Of a stretch of DNA of 64,000 nt, positions 54,730 through 63,509 are shown piece by piece. The notes beneath the pieces were generated by a model. The model was given only the letters and a program-made list of their open reading frames with translations. It searched no databases and was not told where the DNA came from. The translations under genes and the position numbers were made by a program. How positions within the stretch are numbered: the first letter of the stretch is position 1; each line of letters begins with the position of its first letter. Location of the stretch: contig JAMCSD010000008.1 of assembly GCA_023380755.1 (NCBI GenBank), positions 24,592-88,591 on the forward strand, given 5' to 3'. The DNA comes from Patescibacteria group bacterium (GTDB lineage: Bacteria; Patescibacteriota; Microgenomatia; UBA12405).

Positions 54730-56148
54730 TTAATGTTTGACAGAAGATGGTGGAAGTTTTTTCAACAGAGGAAGGCTGATGGTAACAGAAGTACCGAAAG
54801 CAACTCGGCTGTAAATGGAAATAGCGCCATGATGGGCTTCGATTACACCTTTGGTAATAGATAAGCCTAAGCCTGAGCCGGGAATTTCGGGCGATTGGCG
54901 ACCACGGTAAAATCGATTAAAGATATATGGCAAGTCTTGGGGAGGGATGCCAACACCGTGGTCAGCAATAACAATCAAGGCAGTATTCTTGGTGGTCTGA
55001 AGGTTAATGGTAATTAACTTATTTTTAGGACTATATTTAACGGCGTTTTCAACGACGTTGAGGAGAGCCCGATGCAACTTGTCATACCGGCCCAAAATAA
55101 AAACTTTAGGGGTAATTGAGGAATGAGTCTTAATATTTTTAACCGAAGATAGGGTGTGGGCAATGTCGACTAAATCGAAGGCGAGTTTAGATAAGTCAAC
55201 TGCTTTTAGGGAAAGATGGTCATTTTCTACTTCCGACCAGGATAAATCTAAGATTTCCTTAGTAAGGGAAGAAATAGTTTGAGCGTCATGCAAAGATTCG
55301 CTTATAATTTGGCGGTATTCACCGGAAGAGCGAGGATGAGAAAGGGCTAGCTCAAGATTACTTTGAAGGATGGTTAAAGGAGTTTTTAATTCATGAGCTA
55401 CGTCAGCCATAAATTGCTGTTCACGCTTAAGAATGGAATGTATCCGGTCAATAAGATTATTAAAACTGATAGTTAGTTGTGAGAGTTCATCATTATTACC
55501 AGGAACGATTAATTTTTCGCGAGGGTCGAGAGGGTTGATTTGTTGGATTTGGGAAGAAATTTTTTTAAAGGGGCGGAGGCCTAATTTGGTGACTAAATAG
55601 CCACTAATTATAGTGAGCAGGGTTAATAATAGAAAAATTACAACTAGGAGAATTAGGAGATTATGAAACGATTTTTGGACGTCATCGACGGGATGACCAA
55701 TTAATAAGATGCCGAAAAACTTATGGTTTTCACGAAGAGGGATAAGGTAAAAACGAATTAGGGTGTGGTTAAAATTTTGTTCAACGAAAAGATTGCCTTT
55801 TGAATTTTGGGCAACAGTAAAAAGATGAGAGATGGCCTGAGTGTCGGCTGAAGAATATAAGGAACTAACGACGATTTTTCCATTATTATTAAGAAGGAAC
55901 AATAGTTCACCAGGTTTTTCTGGAATTTTATTTTGAAAGGTCTGGTTATCAACCAGATGGCCACCAATAAGGTCTTGCTGAATTGCAGCCTGAGCGGCAA
56001 CAAGACCATCGGTGGTCAGAAATTCATCAATATATTTGTAGGTGATGCGAAGGCTATCTAGATAGACAATAGTAAGGATAAAAAAGATGGCTACAGTAAA
56101 AGCTAAAATATACCAAATCGATAAACGCCAAGTTAAACTAAGTTTCAT
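54730..56148 (-). CDS. Sensor histidine kinase (CusS/CopS-like)
   Basis: 2 TM helices. H-box FMADVAHELKTPLT. N/G boxes NVVENAVKY, DHGVGI, GSGLGLSI. Confidence 0.92.
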   Translation of the reverse strand: MKLSLTWRLSIWYILAFTVAIFFILTIVYLDSLRITYKYIDEFLTTDGLVAAQAAIQQDLIGGHLVDNQTFQNKIPEKPGELLFLLNNNGKIVVSSLYSSADTQAISHLFTVAQNSKGNLFVEQNFNHTLIRFYLIPLRENHKFFGILLIGHPVDDVQKSFHNLLILLVVIFLLLTLLTIISGYLVTKLGLRPFKKISSQIQQINPLDPREKLIVPGNNDELSQLTISFNNLIDRIHSILKREQQFMADVAHELKTPLTILQSNLELALSHPRSSGEYRQIISESLHDAQTISSLTKEILDLSWSEVENDHLSLKAVDLSKLAFDLVDIAHTLSSVKNIKTHSSITPKVFILGRYDKLHRALLNVVENAVKYSPKNKLITINLQTTKNTALIVIADHGVGIPPQDLPYIFNRFYRGRQSPEIPGSGLGLSITKGVIEAHHGAISIYSRVAFGTSVTISLPLLKKLPPSSVKH

Positions 56149-56819
56149 AGTTCAGTGCTGATCTTGTAGCCAACACCACGTAAGGTATGAATTAATTTGG
56201 GATTATAACCGCGATCGATTTTTTTTCGAAGGGAACCAATAAAGACATCAACGATATTGCTCATACTTTCAAAGTTATAATCCCAAACGTGTTCAACAAT
56301 CATTGTTCGAGTGACAACCTCGTCCTGGTGGCGCATTAGGTATTCTAGGATGGCAAATTCCTTTTGAGTTAATAAAATTTTTTTGTCCTGGCGACTAACA
56401 CTGTGTTTTAAAGGATCAAGCTCGAGGTCGTTAATTTTTAGAACTGAGGCAAGATTACTTTGAGAACGGCGCAATAAAGCTTGAATGCGAGCTCGAAGCT
56501 CAGAAAAAGAAAATGGCTTGGTAAGATAATCGTCGGCGCCATTTTCAAGGCCGGTAATTTTATCTTCAATGGTAGATTTAGCAGTCAGCATGATAATGGG
56601 AGTTATAATATTTTTTTGCCGGAGTTCGCGACAGATGGAAACCCCGTCCTTTTTGGGGAGCATAATATCAAGAACAATAAGATCATAATTTTCGGTTTCA
56701 GCCAAATATTGACCCTCTTCACCATCTAGGGCCGCGTCTACAGCAAAGCCATCTTCGATAAAGCCCTTTTTGATGGTTGTGGATAAGCGTTGTTCGTCTT
56801 CAATTAAAAGCAATCTCAC
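56145..56819 (-). CDS. OmpR-family response regulator (CusR/CopR-like)
   Basis: Receiver domain LLIEDE...DLIVLDIMLPKKDG. C-terminal wHTH TLRGVGYKI. GTG start 6 nt after TACACT. Confidence 0.92.
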   Translation of the reverse strand: MRLLLIEDEQRLSTTIKKGFIEDGFAVDAALDGEEGQYLAETENYDLIVLDIMLPKKDGVSICRELRQKNIITPIIMLTAKSTIEDKITGLENGADDYLTKPFSFSELRARIQALLRRSQSNLASVLKINDLELDPLKHSVSRQDKKILLTQKEFAILEYLMRHQDEVVTRTMIVEHVWDYNFESMSNIVDVFIGSLRKKIDRGYNPKLIHTLRGVGYKISTEL

Positions 56820-56871
56820 ATCTTAAGTGTATTGATTCTTCATGAAAATTAGATGAAGACGGGGCGAGAAA

Positions 56872-57459
56872 TTATTTTTGCCTCTTAGAAACAAGGGGAC
56901 GATTGACCAGCCATCGGATCAGGAGAAGGGCAAGAATGGCTAATGGCACCCAAAAAAGAAGCATGGGAAGCCACCCGAGCGTGTATCCCCAGTTATTTAA
57001 GTAATTCATCATACCGTTACCATAGGTGTTCGTCCAATTGCCCATCATGCCGCCAAAGCCCATCATCGGCCCAACCCCAGAATATTGGGCGGGGAATGGG
57101 GCTTGAAGATTACAACCGCTCAAACGCTTACCTAAGGCAATGTGCATTTGTTTTTCGCCACTATCCCCCATCATTTGAGTCATACGGTTGTTCATAAGAT
57201 CGTGGGCCTGGGTGCTGCCTGCCATTTGACCCATATAGTAATCGCCCAAAGCGTCATAGTCATCATCGGTTAATTGTTGGCAGGTGGTTTTTTTCGCCTG
57301 AAGATCGTCAAAGATTTGCCTGCCTTTAGCCTCATCTTGGGCGGTACCGGAAACAGTTTCCGGAGAGGAAGGATTATTGAACCAGCCCATCATACCTTGA
57401 GCAGAAACGGGAATAGTAAAAGAAAACAAAAGAACAAGAATAAGTAGAAGAGATTTCAT
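56872..57459 (-). CDS. Secreted Met/Gly-rich protein, probable Cu(I)-binding
   Basis: Signal peptide. MMGWF, MTQMMGDSGEKQMH, GPMMGFGGMMGNWTNTYGNGMMNY. C-terminal TM. Confidence 0.6.
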   Translation of the reverse strand: MKSLLLILVLLFSFTIPVSAQGMMGWFNNPSSPETVSGTAQDEAKGRQIFDDLQAKKTTCQQLTDDDYDALGDYYMGQMAGSTQAHDLMNNRMTQMMGDSGEKQMHIALGKRLSGCNLQAPFPAQYSGVGPMMGFGGMMGNWTNTYGNGMMNYLNNWGYTLGWLPMLLFWVPLAILALLLIRWLVNRPLVSKRQK

Positions 57460-57462
57460 AAA

Positions 57463-59799
57463 TTACATACTAGAAAAACGGGCAAAAATCACAAAGATAC
57501 TGAGAAAAGCAGAAACCATAATATACGGAGCCAAAGTAGAAACCCAATTATAACGACCGGGACGATAGAGCTTGAGGGTCAGGGAGTTGGTAACCACGGA
57601 AACAGAAGAAAGAGCCATGGCCAGACCAGCCAGCTCGGGTTTTAAGATTAAACCAAAGGAAGCCAGAGCCCGGGCGGCAATGGGAATACCTAAAACATTG
57701 TAAAAGAGAGCAAAAAACATATTCTGTTTAATCTTGCCAACAGTTTGGCGAGAAAGATCGATGGCGGTTAAGACACCACGAAGGTCATTGCTCATAATGA
57801 CGACACTCCCCGCTTCCATAGCGACATCAGCACCGCTGGCCATGGCCAGACCAAGATTGGCTTGGGTGAGGGCGGGAGCATCATTAATGCCATCGCCAAC
57901 CATGGCAACAGTAAGACCCTGATCTTGAAGAGCTTTGACCTCAGCGGCTTTATTTTGGGGTAAGACTTCAGCCAAGACATGAGTAATCCCCAACTCTCGG
58001 CCGATAGCCTCGGCGGTACGGCGGTTATCGCCAGTAATCATATAGACAGTAATGCCCATTTTTTGGAGTTTTTTGATAACTTCGGCTGACGTTTCTTTGA
58101 GCTGGTCGGCAACAGCAATCAGAGCCAAGACTTTAGAGTCGGAGGACAAAGCCATGACCGTTTTGCCTTGGGACTGCAACTCCTCGATTTGAGAAGTGGA
58201 GGTTTCGGGTTTGGAAACTAAATACTTTTGGCCGTTAATCTCGGCAGTAACACCGTGGCCGGGAAGAGCGGAGAAATTAGTAATTAGAAGTTGGGAATTA
58301 GGAATTAGTTTTTTGCAGTATTCAACTATGGCGGCGGCCAGGGGGTGTTCGGAACGAGATTCAATGGCGTGGAGGATAGATAAAATTTCTGAATCCGGTT
58401 TATTGGATAAATTAATAAAATCGGTGACCTCAGGCTTACCTTTAGTGAGAGTACCGGTTTTATCAAAGATAATACAATTAACTTTTTGAGCAATTTCGAG
58501 GGGCTCGCCACCTTTAATGAGGACACCATACTCGGCGCCCTTGCCAGTACCGACCATAATTGAAGTGGGGGTGGCCAGGCCCAAGGCACAAGGACAGGCA
58601 ATGACAATGACGGCAACAAAGGTTAAAAGGGAAAAGGTTAAGGTGGCATGCAACAAGAAAAACCAGATAACAAAGCTGAGAAGGGCGAGGCTAATGACTG
58701 AAGGCACAAAGATGGCGGAAATACGGTCGGCAAAGTCCTGGATGGGGGCTTTGGAACCTTGGGCGTCTTCAATTAACTTAATGATCTGAGAAAGAGCAGT
58801 ATCGGCACCAATTTTGGTAGTCCGAAACTCAAAGGAACCGGTCTTATTGATAGTAGCGGTATAAACTTTAGAGCCAACAGTTTTTTCCACGGGTAAAGAT
58901 TCGCCAGTCAGAATAGATTCGTCGACCGCGGAGTAACCAGAGACAATTTCCCCATCGACAGGAATGCGATCACCAGGACGGATAACAACAATATCGCCCA
59001 GAACAACTTGTTCGACCGGCACTTCAATAAGTTCATTGTTCCTTTTAACATGGGCAGTTTTAGGAGCCAGACCCATGAGTTTTTGAATAGCTTCGGAAGT
59101 TTTACCCTTAGCCCGGGCTTCAAGCCATTTACCCAGAGAGACAAAGGTAATTAAAAAAGAGGCAACTTCAAAATAAAGATTAGGAACTTTGGCGCCGTTG
59201 AGACCCAGAAGCGAATGAGTGGTGAGGAAATAGGAAAGGTACTCAATTAAGCTGTAAACATAGGCAGTACCGGTGCCAATAGCAATTAAACTATCCATGG
59301 AAAAGGTGCGAACCTTAAGGGCCGAGAAAGCACCGGCAAAGAAATTGCTGCCAACATAAAATAAAACCGGAGTCGACAAGAGAAGAGAAATTAAACCAGC
59401 ATAAGGCATGATAACCATCCTGAAGGGCAGAGCCGGGATAAAGTCATAAAGCATGAACAAAAGCATGGGGAAGCTAAGCAAAACGCCAAGACTAAACTTT
59501 TGCCGCCAATAGTTCATTTCAGCTAAACGCTTTTCGCGAGGGGTAACACTTGGATTAGGCAGAGAGGCGTGGTAGCCGGCGACTTCAACGGCCTTAATTA
59601 AATCAGCAACTTTGGCAGTAGAAGGATCATAAACGACATGGGCTTTCTCGGAGGCATAATTGACATTGGCCTCGGTGACACCGGGAACCTTGGAAACGGA
59701 TTTTTTGATTAGCAGAGCACAACTGGCACAATGCATGCCGGTAATATCGAGGTTGGCAACTTGTCGTCCACCAGAGGTGGATTTCACATCGTTTGACAT
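57463..59799 (-). CDS. copA: Copper-translocating P1B-type ATPase
   Basis: N-terminal HMA GMHCASC, TM CPC ([11 protein letters not shown]), [15 protein letters not shown]. Confidence 0.95.
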   Translation of the reverse strand: MSNDVKSTSGGRQVANLDITGMHCASCALLIKKSVSKVPGVTEANVNYASEKAHVVYDPSTAKVADLIKAVEVAGYHASLPNPSVTPREKRLAEMNYWRQKFSLGVLLSFPMLLFMLYDFIPALPFRMVIMPYAGLISLLLSTPVLFYVGSNFFAGAFSALKVRTFSMDSLIAIGTGTAYVYSLIEYLSYFLTTHSLLGLNGAKVPNLYFEVASFLITFVSLGKWLEARAKGKTSEAIQKLMGLAPKTAHVKRNNELIEVPVEQVVLGDIVVIRPGDRIPVDGEIVSGYSAVDESILTGESLPVEKTVGSKVYTATINKTGSFEFRTTKIGADTALSQIIKLIEDAQGSKAPIQDFADRISAIFVPSVISLALLSFVIWFFLLHATLTFSLLTFVAVIVIACPCALGLATPTSIMVGTGKGAEYGVLIKGGEPLEIAQKVNCIIFDKTGTLTKGKPEVTDFINLSNKPDSEILSILHAIESRSEHPLAAAIVEYCKKLIPNSQLLITNFSALPGHGVTAEINGQKYLVSKPETSTSQIEELQSQGKTVMALSSDSKVLALIAVADQLKETSAEVIKKLQKMGITVYMITGDNRRTAEAIGRELGITHVLAEVLPQNKAAEVKALQDQGLTVAMVGDGINDAPALTQANLGLAMASGADVAMEAGSVVIMSNDLRGVLTAIDLSRQTVGKIKQNMFFALFYNVLGIPIAARALASFGLILKPELAGLAMALSSVSVVTNSLTLKLYRPGRYNWVSTLAPYIMVSAFLSIFVIFARFSSM

Positions 59800-59800
59800 A

Positions 59801-60028
59801 TTAAGCTAGAGGTTCGACGACTGGCGTGTAGCCAGTATCTTTAATAACTTGAGACAATTGCTCGGGTTTAACCGCCGTGGGATCGTATTCGATAGTCACT
59901 TTTTTGGTTTCTAAAGAAGCCTGGACACTGGAAACGCCTGGGGTTTCCTCAAGATTCATCTGAATAATTTTGGGACAAGAAGGACAGTGCATATCGTTGA
60001 CCCGATAGGTAATTATTTGAGTGGTCAT
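59801..60028 (-). CDS. copZ: Copper chaperone (HMA domain)
   Basis: 75 aa, MHCPSCP metal-binding loop. Confidence 0.9.
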   Translation of the reverse strand: MTTQIITYRVNDMHCPSCPKIIQMNLEETPGVSSVQASLETKKVTIEYDPTAVKPEQLSQVIKDTGYTPVVEPLA

Positions 60029-60070
60029 ATGATTATTTTAAATTTCTAATTTCTAATGTCTACTGATTAA

Positions 60071-61585
60071 TTAATGACAGGAATTACCGCCTCCCCCGCC
60101 ACAACCACAGCCCTTAGCTCCGGAACCAACCGGCTGAGCGGCACCAGAAGTAGTACCACTATAACCGTTAGCATCAATCACAGTAATAGTACCGGTATAC
60201 ATGCCCATAGTGCAGCTAAAGCGATAGACGCCGGGAGTAGTGGGAGTAAATTCTTTAGTGACAGTTTGGCCAGGAATAGTGTCGATACGACCAGAAAAGA
60301 GGCCCTGAGAAACAATGGAGGAAGCACAACCAGCACTACCATCATTGCTAATCTGCCAAGAAACGGGGGTGCCGGCTTTGACCGTAAACTGATTGGGGGT
60401 GTAACCAGCAGAAGTAACGGTCATGGTAATCACCTGTTTACCGTTAACCTGAGGAACAAGGGCAGCCTGAGCGGTGTTAGCGGAAGAAGAAGTAGCTTGG
60501 GTGGTAGGAACTAAGGAAGAAAAACTGGGTAAACCGATAACGGTAAGCTGATTATTGATATTGAAAAGAGCAAAAAACAAGACTAAATAACCGGCAATAA
60601 CAGAGAATTTAGCGGAAGTTTCGGGGTTACTATGAAGTTTAACACTACTATAGCCAATGGCTATAAGCCCAGGAATAGTGCCAATAGCAAAGAGGCCCAT
60701 AATCAGAGCACCGGTGAGCGGGTTGCCAGAAGCTAACGCCAGGGCTTGAGCAGTAATAGTAAACCCACAAGGTAGTAAAAAGGTGAGAGCGCCCATGAGA
60801 AAAGGGGCAAATTTGCCGGTGAAATTTGATTCATCGCTAATGCTGCCGGTAATAGACTTGGGGAGGCTGATTTGGAACTGAGCCAAGGATCTGACCCCCA
60901 ACATTTGGAGACCTAAAAGAATCATGACGGCGGAAACCGCAATAATCAAGAGGGCGGTAAAAAGGGGTGACAACTGGAAGACATTACCAACCAAGCCCAG
61001 AAGAGCACCGCCAGCAGCGTAACCGACCACCCGGCCGGTATTGAATAAAATGTGAGGCTGCATTTTTTGAAGAGTGTCGTCGCTATTGCCAAAATTCCCC
61101 ACCCACTGCTTACTAACGGAAAGAATAATGCCACCCACCAGGGCAGCACAACTACTAAAGCCAGCCAAAAGGCCAAAAATTAAGAAAACGGGAAGCGCAG
61201 TGCCGGCACCAACCGAGACCAGAGAGGTTAAACCGGTTTTATCGAGGAACAAAAAGCCAATGATAATAATGCCAGCAATAAAAAGGCTAGAAAGAGGGTT
61301 GCTTTGAGGGACAGCACAGGTAGAGTCTAAGGCGACAGCTCGGGAGGAAGAAAAAGGGGTAGTAGAAAAGCGATAATGGTCATCATGGAAAAGTTTAGAT
61401 AAGTATTTGGCGGTGAGGCGATCCCCGGACTGGTGCTCGATAATGACTTGGTTTTTGGACAAAGAGGCATCAACCATTTCGACGGTCGGCTCTTTGATAA
61501 TCTTTTTTTCAATTAAAATTTCGCAGGAAGCGCAATGCATACCGCGAATGTAAAAAGTGGAACGGATGAGTTTGGTTGATGACAT
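60071..61585 (-). CDS. HMA domain - TauE/SafE- or DsbD-like permease - cupredoxin fusion protein with Cys/Gly tail
   Basis: Start set to MSSTKLIRSTFYIRGMHCASCE (61585), since the track ORF upstream part overlaps the M56 gene. About 8 TM helices. C-terminal YRFSCTMGMYTGTITV (cupredoxin ligands). Tail GCGCGGGGGNSCH. Confidence 0.8.
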   Translation of the reverse strand: MSSTKLIRSTFYIRGMHCASCEILIEKKIIKEPTVEMVDASLSKNQVIIEHQSGDRLTAKYLSKLFHDDHYRFSTTPFSSSRAVALDSTCAVPQSNPLSSLFIAGIIIIGFLFLDKTGLTSLVSVGAGTALPVFLIFGLLAGFSSCAALVGGIILSVSKQWVGNFGNSDDTLQKMQPHILFNTGRVVGYAAGGALLGLVGNVFQLSPLFTALLIIAVSAVMILLGLQMLGVRSLAQFQISLPKSITGSISDESNFTGKFAPFLMGALTFLLPCGFTITAQALALASGNPLTGALIMGLFAIGTIPGLIAIGYSSVKLHSNPETSAKFSVIAGYLVLFFALFNINNQLTVIGLPSFSSLVPTTQATSSSANTAQAALVPQVNGKQVITMTVTSAGYTPNQFTVKAGTPVSWQISNDGSAGCASSIVSQGLFSGRIDTIPGQTVTKEFTPTTPGVYRFSCTMGMYTGTITVIDANGYSGTTSGAAQPVGSGAKGCGCGGGGGNSCH

Positions 61586-61621
61586 ACTACAGAGTGTAGT
61601 ATGTACTCTGGATATCGTCAA
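61585..61621 (-). promoter_or_regulatory. Promoter/operator of the copper operon: TTGACG-17-TACACT-7-ATG with operator TACTACACTCTGTAGTA
   Basis: Minus-strand reading: TTGACG at 61621-61616, TACACT at 61598-61593, palindrome at 61601-61585 ending on the A of the ATG. Confidence 0.65.
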
Positions 61622-61628
61622 GGGGGAA

Positions 61629-62546
61629 TTATAAACAAGGGGTAGAAGAAAGACGGTCCATGACTTGAGTGTGGGTGGTTTGGGAAGTAAAAAGAGTCTG
61701 CCAACAACGGCTGAGGTGGCGACAATCATAAAAAGCAGAGGTGGTCGAAAGAGTGGTAAGAGCAAAGAAAAGAATAACCACCAGGCCACCAAGACCAGTG
61801 AATAAGGCAAACAAATTAGGACGAGAACGGCCGACCAGAGCGGCAAAACGTTCGTGTTGGGCACTAAAATGGGAGGCAACGGCATATTCGGGAACGGCAG
61901 CAGACTGAATAGCAACAAGAGCAGAAATTAAAGGTTTGTTAGTGCCTAAGCGGGAAGCAGCATAAAGGTCAGCCGAAATTTCACTTAAAGTGTCAAAGTG
62001 GCCAAAGAGCCAACCAGAACCAAAGAAGGGAGGTAAAACAGAATTTACCAATTTAAGGAGGATTTTTTTGAGCGGATCGAGTTCTTGGCGATGGAGTTCT
62101 TCGTGATACAAAATTGAAGCAAGCTCATCGGAAGAAAAAGTATCAATGGTGGGAGTACTAACAAATACCTGAGGATAGAGGAAGCCGAGAGTAAAAGCTT
62201 CAAGCCGGGAAGAGGGTAAAACGGTGTAAGAACCGGAGCTAAGAGAAGAGTGTTTTTGAAGAAAGCGGCGGGTGTGAAAAACTTCGAGAAAAAAACAGAA
62301 GACGGCCCGGATAAGGCGGCAAGAAAGATAGAGAACGGCCAAGAGGGAAAGAAAATTAAAGAGGACAGAAATGAAAGAGAGATTAAAAGGGAGATGATTC
62401 TTAAGAGAATCAGCCAGAGTAATGAAGTACATTAAATTACTGCGAAGTATCCGATCGGAGATAACAAAGAAACCGAAGAGGTAACCAAGGCCTAACAAAA
62501 AAAGCAAGGTAAAAAGAGTATTTTTGGCAAGTAAATACTTTTTCAT
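61629..62546 (-). CDS. BlaR1-like M56 metallopeptidase (short form, no penicillin-binding sensor domain)
   Basis: 4 TM helices. HExxH in ILYHEELHRQE. 4-nt overlap with the upstream repressor gene. Confidence 0.8.
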   Translation of the reverse strand: MKKYLLAKNTLFTLLFLLGLGYLFGFFVISDRILRSNLMYFITLADSLKNHLPFNLSFISVLFNFLSLLAVLYLSCRLIRAVFCFFLEVFHTRRFLQKHSSLSSGSYTVLPSSRLEAFTLGFLYPQVFVSTPTIDTFSSDELASILYHEELHRQELDPLKKILLKLVNSVLPPFFGSGWLFGHFDTLSEISADLYAASRLGTNKPLISALVAIQSAAVPEYAVASHFSAQHERFAALVGRSRPNLFALFTGLGGLVVILFFALTTLSTTSAFYDCRHLSRCWQTLFTSQTTHTQVMDRLSSTPCL

Positions 62547-62908
62547 GAATGATCTTTTAAATAGGACTTAAGAAGTTCTAAATCCTTTTTGTTGGACTTA
62601 ACGACATCGACAAACTGAGAAATGGCCAGATCTTTGTAAGAACCAACCAAAGTGTCGTAAATGGAAGAAAGGTTATCTTTGATAAATTTATTTTTATCCT
62701 CAGCCGGTTTATAAACATAAGCTTTACCGACCAGTTGCCGTTTGAGGATTTTTTTATCGGTCATGCGTTTGAGCTCAGTCATGATAGTAGTGTAGGCATA
62801 CTTATCCCCTAGCGAAGACAAGACTTCGGCGGGTTTTAGGGGGTGATCGGCGGCCCAAATGACATCCATGATTTTTTGCTCGAGGGTACCCAAGATTTGA
62901 TGAGACAT
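62543..62908 (-). CDS. BlaI/MecI/CopY-family winged-helix repressor
   Basis: LGTLEQKIMDVIWAADHPLKPAEVLSSLGDKYAYTTIMTELKRMTDKKILKRQLVGKAYVYKP. No C-terminal CxC metal motif. Start set to MSHQILG (62908). Confidence 0.88.
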   Translation of the reverse strand: MSHQILGTLEQKIMDVIWAADHPLKPAEVLSSLGDKYAYTTIMTELKRMTDKKILKRQLVGKAYVYKPAEDKNKFIKDNLSSIYDTLVGSYKDLAISQFVDVVKSNKKDLELLKSYLKDHS

Positions 62909-62944
62909 ACTATGTATTGTAGTAGTAGAGATGGGCTTTGTCAA
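62908..62944 (-). promoter_or_regulatory. Autoregulatory promoter/operator: TTGACA-17-TACAAT-7-ATG with operator TACTACAATACATAGTA
   Basis: Minus-strand reading: TTGACA at 62944-62939, TACAAT at 62921-62916, 17-mer at 62924-62908 ending on the A of the ATG. Embedded in the 3-prime end of the NUDIX gene. Confidence 0.6.
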
Positions 62945-63467
62945 AGATAGACAAGAGCCGAAAGAAAGCCCATATCTTTATAATCCCCTGTTTGGCGGCG
63001 GCTTTGACTTTTTCAAGCGACCAAAATTCCAAAGGAATATCGGTTTCATCAAATTCAGGATTTTTGACAGTAAGACCAGAGATAGAGGCCTGAACAACAA
63101 AAGCCCTCATAGTACAAAAACCGGGCTGAGGATAAATTTGGCCACAAAGAGTAAGATCTTTTAGTTGGTAACCGGTTTCTTCCTGAACTTCACGAACAGC
63201 AGCAGCAAGCGGATCTTCACCTTCGTTGAGGAAACCAGCCGGAAGTTCATAAACAAAGTCATCAACTCCCCAGCGGTACTGTTTTTCAACCAAAATTTCG
63301 TGGCGATCGTTGGTAACAAAAACTAAAACATAATCCTTACGGATAAGCTGATAAAAATGCCGGGCTTTTTGGCCATCAGGAAGAAGATAATCGTTGTCTT
63401 GAACAGAAAGATAAGGGGTGGAAAGAAGATTTTTAGAAGAAAGAAGGCGCCATTTTTTATCACTCAT
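62910..63467 (-). CDS. NUDIX hydrolase (ADP-ribose pyrophosphatase-like)
   Basis: Nudix box GFLNEGEDPLAAAVREVQEETG. Confidence 0.85.
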   Translation of the reverse strand: MSDKKWRLLSSKNLLSTPYLSVQDNDYLLPDGQKARHFYQLIRKDYVLVFVTNDRHEILVEKQYRWGVDDFVYELPAGFLNEGEDPLAAAVREVQEETGYQLKDLTLCGQIYPQPGFCTMRAFVVQASISGLTVKNPEFDETDIPLEFWSLEKVKAAAKQGIIKIWAFFRLLSIFDKAHLYYYNT

Positions 63468-63509
63468 GGATCAATTATAGCCGAGAAGGCAAATGCTAAA
63501 ATGAGGTAT

